Source: Selaginella moellendorffii (Eukaryota; Plantae; Lycopodiophyta). Taken from it: a stretch of DNA of 26,636 nucleotides. The stretch covers positions 57,482-84,117 of the forward strand of contig NW_003314414.1 of assembly GCF_000143415.4 (NCBI RefSeq), given 5' to 3'. The notes under the pieces are model-generated. The model was not told the DNA's origin. It was given only the letters and a program-made list of their open reading frames with translations, and made no database searches. The position numbers were made by a program, and so were the translations under genes. Position 1 is the stretch's first letter. Every line of letters starts with the position of its first letter. Below, piece after piece: positions 10,401-19,000 of this stretch.

Positions 10401-11884
10401 AACCATTCCCAGTTTGCTTTATAATATGCTGGTGGCATCCCATCTTCCCCCGGCATCTTGTCATCGTTCAAGTCTCTAACTGCATCCTCTAGCTCTTCCA
10501 GTGTAAAGTTTCTGCACAGGGTCCGTGCTAAGGCTTCATCTACTTTCTGGGGCACCGACTGAAGAACTTCCTCCATGGCCGTTTTCCTTTCTTCTGTCCA
10601 CGGTTCTGCTCTAAACAGTCCTTGGTAGTATGTCTCAGCCATCCTGTGCATCTCCTGTAGGCTCGTATGCATCTCACCTTGATCATCCTTGAGCCCGAAC
10701 ATTGGCGGGGACGTAACTCTTGCTTTTATGGACTTGTAAAACTCTTTGTTTAGCGCATTCTCACTAATATGCCATTTGAGGTGCCCCGACCTTATAAACG
10801 CCTCCATTTTTTCCGCTTCCAGGGTGAAAAGTTGGGCTTTGGTTCTTGCTAGCTGAGTTCTCAGTGACGTATCCAGCGGGTCCAACCTGATCAATCTCTT
10901 AATGGCTTCAATATTTCTTCTTATTGCTTGCACTTTTTTGAAAACTTTTCTTCGCTTGTTCTGTGTCTTTTTCCGGATTTCATTGGCTATCTCAATTGTG
11001 AACTTGTGCAGATCTCCTCCTTCTTGCTGATTCCATCTTTCTTTTATATGGTCATTCATTTTCCCGTCCTCAAAGTTTTTCCGCGATATTGGTGCAGGCC
11101 TCTTTGTTCCCCACCTCTTTAAGATGGGAAGCGTCAAAGCCACCGAATTATGATCTGAGAAGTCTCTGTATCCCGTTGTTATATCTAATTTTCCACTATT
11201 CCGACACAGTTCGGGTGATATATAAAACCGGTCCAGTCTTCGTTGAATTCCCCGTTGTTGGTGCTCTTGCCATGTGAACCTTGGCTCGTGTTGTACAAAC
11301 CCTGGGATGTTGTATGTATCTTCTAGCCCCATCGCTAGCACTAGTTGTGCCCACATTGCTCTTTCCCTGCTTGTCCTTTTGTCTCTCATTTCTCCCCCAT
11401 CTTTGTCTAGCTCCTCTTCCACAAAGTTGAAGTCTCCCGTGACCATCCATGTTGAGGGTTGTGGAGGTATTCGGTGTACCAATTCATTCCAGAAATCTGC
11501 TCTTTCAGAGGAGCTTCCTGCTGGTGCATACACATTCAGGAGGCCTACTAGCATGTCTCCTATCTTGAACTGGACACACTGTGCTCTACCTGGTACCAGT
11601 ATTGCATGATCTTCAACCAAAGATTCCCACGTGCCTTTTACCACTATTAATGTGCCTCCACTGCATGATACTGCCGGATTCCAAAAATATTTCCCTTTCG
11701 TAAACTTATAAACTTGATCCATTCTTGAGAGCCTATGCTCTTGCACACACAAGAAATCAAAACATTGCGTCACACCTTCTACCTGTCTAAGATACTGTCT
11801 AAATTTCGTCTTTTTGTTATTCAGTGCTGATCTCTCCTTCTTCAGGCCTCCCACGTTCCACGTTCTCACGTTGATGTTAACCAT
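7451..11884 (-). CDS. ORF2: APE endonuclease + reverse transcriptase + C-terminal CCHC zinc finger (family A)
   Basis: EN motifs TWNV, QEH, NVYAP, GDFNF, FTW..RLDRFY and SDH. RT motifs KMPGEDG, NWRPISMLNTLYKIVAK, DYEKAYDRVDW, RQGCPLAP, AFADD and RYLG. Finger CDKCGARETQRHILWEC. The first ATG is at 11884 (the ORF track starts at an upstream TTG, 11908). Confidence 0.97.
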   Translation of the reverse strand: MVNINVRTWNVGGLKKERSALNNKKTKFRQYLRQVEGVTQCFDFLCVQEHRLSRMDQVYKFTKGKYFWNPAVSCSGGTLIVVKGTWESLVEDHAILVPGRAQCVQFKIGDMLVGLLNVYAPAGSSSERADFWNELVHRIPPQPSTWMVTGDFNFVEEELDKDGGEMRDKRTSRERAMWAQLVLAMGLEDTYNIPGFVQHEPRFTWQEHQQRGIQRRLDRFYISPELCRNSGKLDITTGYRDFSDHNSVALTLPILKRWGTKRPAPISRKNFEDGKMNDHIKERWNQQEGGDLHKFTIEIANEIRKKTQNKRRKVFKKVQAIRRNIEAIKRLIRLDPLDTSLRTQLARTKAQLFTLEAEKMEAFIRSGHLKWHISENALNKEFYKSIKARVTSPPMFGLKDDQGEMHTSLQEMHRMAETYYQGLFRAEPWTEERKTAMEEVLQSVPQKVDEALARTLCRNFTLEELEDAVRDLNDDKMPGEDGMPPAYYKANWEWLGPVVLDTWKEVMRTGQWPPGAIDGIIALIPKKGGDASLLKNWRPISMLNTLYKIVAKALAKRLRPLLPETIHDTQNGFVEGRQLVDNILTVLLTQEQVKDQGLEMAIILLDYEKAYDRVDWEFLQTTMRKIGILEEFIGWTATLYQGASSKVTINGTVGNTIKLQRSVRQGCPLAPFLFLFVADALAHYLARMDGPEGLVLPGCRDSLQDLAGTEERQLKSSAFADDTGIITTGSPENMSKVKKDLDFFNLAAGSRINWGKSVGIWLPSSDPPNWGREWDFKWLKQGETTRYLGFQIGRAYDPLPQNQKAVEKLRDQLKFWASRKLSFSARCVVANNIVLGAIWFLAASWNLDKKTLKEMNKLIRTYVWKGQATVSRGGAKVGWSSVTRAKQDGGINIIDIEEQCKALLFKIFHRMNMPGNQPWKLLLRHQLLKVIPDRLEHTRQNWEKDERWLFMEGALKMPKPNTFSGKLFRLWKEFKSKLEKRKPTNTYELDRQPIFLNKLFQYKGKCLGETADKGIDKVCRDLHSAGMRTFAEADSMIKAGETEMNRDRLKVFYGLEISAHRLKKFETAFEEAQGKCKQSIKEVRETTPAWWIAEEKVIYTATQDQTKCYVFEVGVAGRLLPYKVPKESLRPDMSRTEPIRVIRIDKKTASMDPKITEGQVARMYWFRQQKLSELAWDPTEWNWRGRKKEEFFAYETRLGRKLIRPRSDSLLVSRMKRANIQDKTQQEILKELWKGRWAAKTRYFMWLTMQDRLPSKRNIHLVDQTCDKCGARETQRHILWECESAQDVWRSTCWLLQQHSQRQVCLTYGAAVWGEAAAGMRNGTDSWKWTSREEGAPRFDQLNTTRTDIEGIPTEIVDLLRGITMWEVWKARCNRIFNDREEGPRVVASRVWTRMITAAAARVLQLEKRGGRNGPEKAKKEAQIWHFLWKQGEAGTREWMWTPPDEWFQVTHLGRPSGASSRATPLSVGTSIVGSSR

Positions 11885-14800
11885 TTCTGAATCCTCGGGT
11901 GCTGCCAAGACGCTGTCTCTCCACCCAATGGTATGGTCCCATTGGTCGAAGTGGCCATGCGAACGGGATTCTCACCGTTCCTCGGAACCTGAACGAGTTC
12001 GGCGCTTGTTCCACGAAATTATCTTCTCGAATCGAAAACCTCTGCGGGTTCCAGTTGAAGTTGTAGGCCAGAATATCCTCCAGAGTCCGGCCTATGTCTT
12101 GTCCAGGCGAGATCAGAATTGCCGGTGGGGCGTATCCAACTCTGTTGTCGATCCATTCCCCCAGGAACTTGGGAGGGTTCGTTCCACTGACGTATAGCTC
12201 AATTTTGCAAACTGCTCTTCTCGGGGGGGTGAATCCTGGCGGACAGTTTCCTCTTGCAAAGTCCTCCGTTCTGCCTGATCTTGAGCGTGACTGTTGTTGT
12301 TGTTCCACTGGCCCCGGTACCCTCTGTGTAGCCTGCTGTGGTGGCATTTCACCTTTATCTTGGACCATCTCTACTTCTGTGTCAGGTTCCTTTGCCTCCC
12401 CCACGGCTTGTCCTTCGAACCGTCTTCCTGTCGGCCTCCATTCTTTCCCTCGCGAAGCCCCCGACTGTGCTTTTTCCTGCTTGGCTGCTGTTGATTGCTC
12501 CCCTTGTCCCTCCTCCTTCTGTCCTTTGGTTCGAGGCTTCTTGCTTTCGCCACTGGAGGCTGCTTTCTCTGTTGTTTCCCTTTCCCCTCTGGCTCCACGT
12601 TTCGTGCCTTCCGATCCACTGTTTGCTTTCTGTCGGTCCTCTCCTGTTTCCTGCATTCCCCCCACACTTGCTCCTCTGGCCAAACAGTGTTTTCCAATGT
12701 GTCCCGTGTGCCGGCAAATAATGCATACACTCAGGTTTGGTAGCAGCATAACCCGAATCCTTCTTGGCCCTTGCCCCTTCCCTGGCTTGAGTTCTATCTC
12801 GAAGGGGATGTGAACTTCTTTCGGAATCCTGACTTTGACCGTGACTCTGTCTCCCACTGGCATTCCTTCCATCCTTATGAACGTAGCAAACTGCCTCAGT
12901 ATTGTCGCCAGGATCTTGTCTTCGGCCAGTGCCACGTCCATACCTTGTAGCTCAAAGTTCACAATCACAGATGGGGGGAGTAACATCCTTTTTTTCTGGG
13001 GCGTGAAATTGTTGTGATATGATCTGAAGAAGAGCTGAAAGTCTAACTGTGCGTACGCATCCACTCGCAGCAACTTGTGCCGAGCTCTCTCGTCCTTGAT
13101 GACCACATTATAGCACTTTTCTCCCAGGTCCTTCACATCTTCTGCTAAAACCGTGACCAACATGTCGTGATATGCCAGCACTGCGCATACCCAGTCTGAT
13201 ACTACAAAACCTGCCGGGACTGCTCCTTCCACTATTACATGTATGGTTTCCTCCGCTCTTCTAGCTTGCAACTTGTTTAACTCCTCCATGAATTCTTCCT
13301 GGTCTACTTCCAGGACATCGTTTGCCGGCCCGAATGGCATTCTCGTAGGCTTCCTTGGTGGCATTATCTCCTCGATCTTTACTGGAGGTGGCCCAAATGG
13401 GGCTATGGGAGCATCCGGACATACTGACATTTTCGAATACTGTGGTAAAACCTTCGGGTATCCCATTTCCGGCTCTCGCTTCCCTTCCGGGGATATCACC
13501 ACCTCCGGCACGAGCTCCTCCCATATCCCTCTTGATGACGATGCTTCCCACTGTCTTTCCTCATCCAACTTCCCTTTTCCCTTGTCCTCCCTCATTCTGT
13601 CATGAAGTTCTTGTCCCAACAGAGCTTCGTATGTTCGCGCCGCCTGTCCCATTCCGTCCGATCTCTCCTGTCTGGCTTCCTTTTCTTGCCTTTCCTTTAT
13701 GGCCTTCTCCTTTTCCCTTTCAGCTTCTTCTTCCAGTAGCCTTTTTGCTGCCTCTTCTGCCAAGCGTCTAGCTTCTTGCTCTTTTCGCGCATTGGCTTCC
13801 CTGATTGCCTTGAAGCAGGGGGGGCCCTTCTCCAGCGGGCAGCACGTCTTGATTCTTCGCTTAATCCCGGTCGGGGATCCTACCGCCGCTTCCTTCCCAC
13901 TGGCTTCCTTTTCTGCCCTTGCCCCTGCGTTTTCCTCCCCGACTCCTGGCGATTCGTTGGTGGGGTTTCTTCTAGGCGCTCTCGTGAGTGGGGTTTCCTC
14001 TTCCTCACTTGCATCCTCTTTTCCTTTGTTTTCCACATTGGCTGGCGAGACTTCTCCTACCAGCGTTTCTTCTGGATCTAGTACCTCTGGGAGCTGCACA
14101 CCCCTGGCTCTCCCTCCTGCAGTGCTCATCCTCGCCGTTGTCCTTGCTCGTGGCATTTTTCCCCCAGTGTCTTCCTCTCTTTTTTTTCCCTCTGATTCTA
14201 GCGTTCCTTTCTTTCCCTCCCTCTCCTTTTCCCCCTTTTCCCACCCTTCCGTTCCCTCCCCTTCTTCCACTTCCCACTTTCCTTTCGGAGATTTTTCCCC
14301 CTTGCCTTTCCTTTCCCTTTCGCTTACCGCTTTGCTTTTGTCTTCACGCTGGCCCTCGTCTTTTACCGAAAACAATGCCCTCCGGATTGACAAGTCCCCT
14401 TTAAATAGTGCTGACCCTGGCTGCCACATGTCATTCCGCCATTTGCTGCCCGCTCCTCCACGTTTTTCTTCCCCCTTTCCTGTCCACGTTGATAGCGCAC
14501 ACGATTGCTTTCTTGGATTCTTCGGCTTCTCCTCGGACATGACCCTGCCACGCGTCTCTTCCTTGGATTTTCTGCATGGATTTTCGCCCCATGCATCTCC
14601 ACGTGTCGCCTTGTCCTTCATCCCCTCCTTTCCGACCGTGACCTGCTCGGTCTCTTTAATTCCCACTGGCTGCGTGGTGATGACGTTGTTACTGTCCTCG
14701 TTTTTCTCCCGATTTGCTACGATCTTGACAGTTATTCCGCCTTTCCCCCATATTAACTCCTCCCTTGGTTTCCCCGCACCCGCATTCATTCGCCGTCTAG

Positions 14801-14936
14801 CCGTTGTCTCGGGATTCCGGCCGCTCCCAATTCCCCCCATCTTGGTCCGCCGCGTGTCCACCATCTCCTCCGTCCCTTCTTCTCCTCTCGGTCGCATCCT
14901 AGCCGTCCAGAGCAGCGGCTTTTTGCCTTTGAACAT
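11877..14936 (-). CDS. ORF1 (1019 aa): low-complexity/coiled-coil N-half, RRM/DUF4283-like middle, CCHC knuckle, conserved C-terminal domain
   Basis: Long ORF directly upstream of ORF2, with an E/K/R/A-rich helical stretch and CIICRHTGHIGKHC (C-x2-C-x4-H-x4-C). The middle and C-terminal blocks align with family B ORF1. The RRM call is an inference from position and pattern. Confidence 0.88.
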   Translation of the reverse strand: MFKGKKPLLWTARMRPRGEEGTEEMVDTRRTKMGGIGSGRNPETTARRRMNAGAGKPREELIWGKGGITVKIVANREKNEDSNNVITTQPVGIKETEQVTVGKEGMKDKATRGDAWGENPCRKSKEETRGRVMSEEKPKNPRKQSCALSTWTGKGEEKRGGAGSKWRNDMWQPGSALFKGDLSIRRALFSVKDEGQREDKSKAVSERERKGKGEKSPKGKWEVEEGEGTEGWEKGEKEREGKKGTLESEGKKREEDTGGKMPRARTTARMSTAGGRARGVQLPEVLDPEETLVGEVSPANVENKGKEDASEEEETPLTRAPRRNPTNESPGVGEENAGARAEKEASGKEAAVGSPTGIKRRIKTCCPLEKGPPCFKAIREANARKEQEARRLAEEAAKRLLEEEAEREKEKAIKERQEKEARQERSDGMGQAARTYEALLGQELHDRMREDKGKGKLDEERQWEASSSRGIWEELVPEVVISPEGKREPEMGYPKVLPQYSKMSVCPDAPIAPFGPPPVKIEEIMPPRKPTRMPFGPANDVLEVDQEEFMEELNKLQARRAEETIHVIVEGAVPAGFVVSDWVCAVLAYHDMLVTVLAEDVKDLGEKCYNVVIKDERARHKLLRVDAYAQLDFQLFFRSYHNNFTPQKKRMLLPPSVIVNFELQGMDVALAEDKILATILRQFATFIRMEGMPVGDRVTVKVRIPKEVHIPFEIELKPGKGQGPRRIRVMLLPNLSVCIICRHTGHIGKHCLARGASVGGMQETGEDRQKANSGSEGTKRGARGERETTEKAASSGESKKPRTKGQKEEGQGEQSTAAKQEKAQSGASRGKEWRPTGRRFEGQAVGEAKEPDTEVEMVQDKGEMPPQQATQRVPGPVEQQQQSRSRSGRTEDFARGNCPPGFTPPRRAVCKIELYVSGTNPPKFLGEWIDNRVGYAPPAILISPGQDIGRTLEDILAYNFNWNPQRFSIREDNFVEQAPNSFRFRGTVRIPFAWPLRPMGPYHWVERQRLGSTRGFRNG

Positions 14937-15899
14937 CGTGATCTTTGCTTCAAGCTTTGCACTTCCTTTCTTGGGCGTTGCTCTGGCCAGCGAGCTTGGT
15001 TTTCCAACTCAAGTGGAGCTTCCCTCTTGCCCAGTTACTTCTGCTCAAGATCTCGGTTGCTTAGAGCTTTTGAACTTCCAGACACAAGTTCCAAGTCCAA
15101 ACTGATTTCAGTCGGCTAGCCCAGTTTTGCTGTGCCCAGAATCCCCCCGACTAGTACTCCAGATCATTGCCTTATTGCGACCGTTCCTCTTATCCTCCCA
15201 GCGCGCGCTCTTTCTTTTTCAGTGCATGCAGTGGAGAGTGCTTGGGGGGTTTTTGAGACTTTTCACTTAGCTTCTTATAGCCCGGCGATCTTACTCCTCT
15301 CTGGCCTGTTCCCCCGAGGACCGAAAGGACTCTCTTACAAGCCAATACTGTCAGCCGAGGGGGGGCCAGAAAGGATGTCGTTCGGAGCCATTCCAAAACT
15401 TGAGTTACGAGCCAAAAAATGCACGACGGTGGTGATTCAGTGGGATGCTTTTGATTCTTTTTTCTTTTTTCTAGCGCTTTGCGGCTGGAGGAGAGGCTTC
15501 GCTTCCAGCTTTGATCTTTAGCCTTTGTCTGGTGACCTCTTAGCTGAAAAAAAACCGGCCCACCGACTTGAAATCAGCTTGGACCACACTGCGAGCTCTA
15601 TCCACCCAGTCTCTTGCTGTAACTTGCGCGAGTTGCTCACACCCAGCGAAGAACCAAACTCACTGCCCAGCCACACTCAGAGCCATCGTGCTTCTGCCTG
15701 GAGCTTCCAGATCTATTCTACCAGCCAATGCAAAAAACCCTCTCGAATCTGGCTGCAGCCGAGAAGACCCAACAGCGCGTCTCACTGCCGTCCAGCGCCA
15801 GCGCCACACTCAAGCGTCCACTCCACTCTCAGCCTGTGGCTGCGCTTCTCTCTTCTTGCCTTAGCGCCTTCCCTCTCCTCTCCGCCTTCACTCGTCATT

Positions 15900-15960
15900 C
15901 TCTAGTCCGACTCTTCTTCTCTCTAGTCCGACTTTGTGAAAAATTCTAGTCCGACTTTGT
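15900..15960 (+). repeat. Triple target motif (15900-15912 partial; 15921-15941 CTCTAGTCCGACTTTGTGAAA; 15945-15960)
   Basis: Seen directly between the 5' end of A2 and the 3' end of B. Confidence 0.93.
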
Positions 15961-16047
15961 CAATGGGGTTTTAATTAGTTTATCCTCTACAAACCATAGA
16001 GTCCGATTTCGACATGCTCGAAACCGGAAAAGAGCTCTTCAAGATTT
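15961..16047 (-). promoter_or_regulatory. Structured 3' UTR of family B
   Basis: Element-sense GCUCUUUU-CCGGUUUCGA-GCAUG-UCGAAAUCGG (10 bp with one G-U pair), then CUCUA-U-GGUUU-G-UAGAG...AAACC. Confidence 0.68.
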
Positions 16048-19000
16048 TTAGGGGGGGTGGGACGAGGGGGACAAAGTAGAACTGGTACTCGAGCCCGTGA
16101 TGTCTGATGTCCAAGCTACCAAAGTTCCTGGTGTGGAACTCTGTCGACTCGGGGAGGTACACGTGCCTTCGTTCCTGAACATGTGCTGCCAAATCCATAT
16201 TGGTGGCTTCCACGTCCATTCTTCTTCTCCAGCCTCGCTTCTTCCTCTAAAAAACGGCCACAGCTTCTTCTCCTTCACTATCTTCCCTTCCTCGCCTCGT
16301 TTGATCAGCGTGTCCAGGCGAGCTGCGAGTGAGACGATCAGTCTGGACCAAACCTTTGAGATAGTTGCTCGAGCCGAGGGGTTCATGTCCTCGAACAGCC
16401 TGGCGCAGCGAGCCTTCCATATCTCTGCTAGTGTGCATCCCCGAAGCGCATCGAAGAGCTCCTGGTGGAGATGCGTAATGTGTGTCCGAGTTTGGTTGAG
16501 TTGATCAAAGTGTGGGGCCTCGTTGTGTCTCCACTTCCATGCATCAGGATTCTTTGTTTTTCCCTGGATGAAGCTACCCCAGAGCGCTGATTCGTATGTG
16601 ATTGCAGCTCCTCCGGTTGACGTTCGTTTAAGTACCGCTGCTGCACCTTCCCATACTTCCTGTGCTGCCGGACATTCCCATAAGATGTGTCGCTGTGTTT
16701 CTGTGGCGCCACAGGTCTTGCAGGCTGTGTTCGGAAGATGAATGGCAACCAGAGAGGGAAGACGTTCTTGCTGGGCCAGCCACATGAAGTATCGGTTCTT
16801 AGCTGACCAGCGCCCCTTCCAGATCTTGTTGATGCAGTGTGAGTGGTTCCTGGAACTGATCTGTTGGGCCTTTGCTTTCCGGATGAGGGAGGATCGAGTC
16901 GGCACCCTGATCAGTTTGCGGCCTAGCTTGGTCTCATACTGGAAGAAGTCCTTGCACGTGGTTCCCTTCCAATGCCACTCTGCAGGATCCCACTTGAGTT
17001 CATCCAGGGTTTGTTGGCGGAACCAGTAGAGGCGAGCATATTGGTTTTCTGGTACCGATGGATCAACGTTGGCAGCTTTTTTCTCCATTTGAATCACTCT
17101 GATCGGTTTAGCTCTGCTCATGTCGGGGAGGTCCTTGTACTCGGGGGTAATGATGGGGTACAAGCGTCCAGCCTGTCCTGCCTCAAATACTAGTCCCGAT
17201 GCCATGTTGGGGAGGGTGCATACGATCGATTCATCCACCTTCCACCAACGATGGTGCTGATCTTCTTGCAGGTTTAGTTGTTCGAGGCATGCGTGTTTGG
17301 CTGCTAAAAAGGCTGTCTGGAATTTACGCATCCTGTGTTCCGAGATGATTAATCCATAGAAAGCTCTGATTCGGTCGCGGTTGTGGGCCGTCTGGTTGGG
17401 CTGGATCATGGTGTCTGCCTCTGCAAAGGTTCTCATCCCTGCTCTGTGCAGGTCTCTGCATGTCTGGTCCAGGCCGCGATCCTCTGAAGCTCCGAGCGTT
17501 TTACCCTGGACAGCGAAGAGTTTGCTCAGGAAAATTGGCTGCCGGTCCAGTTGTTCTTTGGTACGAGGTGGTTTACGTTCCAGCTTGCACTTGAATTGCC
17601 TCCAGAGCTTGAACAGCTTTCCTGAGAATGTGTGAGCCTTTGTCATTTTGAGTTTGGTATCTGAAAAGAGCCATTGTTCGTCTGACGCCCAGTTTTGTCT
17701 GGTGTGCTCGTTCCTGTTCGGGAGGACTTTCAAAAATTGTGCTCGCAGCAGTATTCTCCATAGTTGGTGGCCAGGCATGAGCATCCTTGTGAAAATCTTG
17801 AAGAGAAGAGCCTTGCATTGTTCTTCGATGTCAATGATATTGAGGCCCCCTTCGTGCTTCGGAAGTGTTACTGACCGCCAGTTGACCTTTGCTCCACCAC
17901 GCGACACGCAGGAGGAGCCTTTCCAGACATAGGTACGAATGAGTTGGTTCATTTCCTGGATCGTTCGCCTGTCCATGTTCCAGCATGCTGCCAGGAACCA
18001 GATTGCTCCAAGCAGGATGCTGTTAGCCACCACGCAGCGTGCTGAGAACGATAGTTTTCTGCTCGCCCAGAACTTGAGTTGATCCCTTAGTTTTGTTACA
18101 GCTTTTTGGTTCTGGGGTTCTGGATCATATTGGCGTCCCACTTGAAATCCAAGGTAGCGGGTGGTCTCCTCCGTGTCCAGCCATTTGAAACCCAGCGCCG
18201 TGCCCCATGTTGGAGGTCTGCCGGGGGGGAGCCATAGTCCTACCGATTTGTGCCAGTTTATTTTCGATCCCATGGCCTCATTGAAAAAATCCAGATCACT
18301 TTTGACGTTTGAGAGGTTCTCCGGTGATCCCTCCACGATCAGGCTTGTGTCATCTGCAAAGGCTGAGGATAGGAGGTCCTCCTTTGAGGCTTCGTTCATG
18401 TCCTGAAGCGTGGCACCACAGCCTGGAAGGGGCATACCTTTTGGACCATGTGGTCGGGCGAGGTAGTAGGCCAGAGCATCCGCAACAAACAGGAACAGGT
18501 ATGGTGCGAGGGGGCATCCTTGGCGGACTGATCTTTCAAGTTTGAAGGACTGTCCCATGGTTCCATTGATTGTAACCCTGCTCAATGCCGAGTGGTACAG
18601 GGATGCTGTCCATTCCACGAACTGCAGAGGAACTCCTTGCTTGATCATTATGGCCTGGAGAACTTTCCAATCCACCCGGTCGTAAGCTTTTTCAAAGTCC
18701 AGGAGAATGATTGCAATCTGCTCTATCGTGTCTTTGGTGTGTTCTTGCGCCAGCAGCACTGTTAGGAGATTGTCCACGATTTGTCTGCCGTCTACGAAAC
18801 CGTTCTGCGTCTCCTTGATTGTTTCTGGGAGCAGAGGCTTGAGGCGTGAGGCCAAGGCTTTTGCTACGATCTTGTACATGGTGTTCAGCATAGAGATGGG
18901 CCTCCAGTTCTTGAGGTGGGACATATCTCCTTTTTTTGGTATCAGAGCAATGATCCCATCCGTAGCTCCTTCCGGCCACTTCCCAGCTCGCATGGTTTCT

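Larger units (their letters stand above)
7371..15899 (-). mobile_element. Full-length L1/Tx1-type non-LTR retrotransposon, family A copy 2 (~8.5 kb, both ORFs intact)
   Basis: About 960 bp 5' UTR, 1019-aa ORF1, ~1477-aa ORF2, 80-nt 3' UTR and no poly(A). Flanked by the target motif. Confidence 0.97.

Noticed and set aside
13699-15105. Long + strand ORFs (468 aa here; also 3122-4435, 1187-2143, 12094-12813)
   Set aside because: S/F/P/L-rich antisense shadows of the purine-rich ORF1 strand, with no domain motifs and no equivalent long ORF in family B.
14937-15110. Possible TGA recoding (in-frame TGAs upstream of family A ORF1 at 15009-15011 and 15045-15047, and within B ORF1)
   Set aside because: The two complete ORF2s contain no internal TGA in nearly 3000 codons and B ORF1 terminates with TGA. 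Mutation or a decayed N-terminal extension is simpler.
15900-15960. CRISPR-like short repeats, or an rRNA gene call
   Set aside because: The repeats are 13-21 bp with tiny irregular spacers in a eukaryotic retroelement context with no cas genes. At most 21 nt of rRNA-like sequence is present, so no rRNA gene is annotated.
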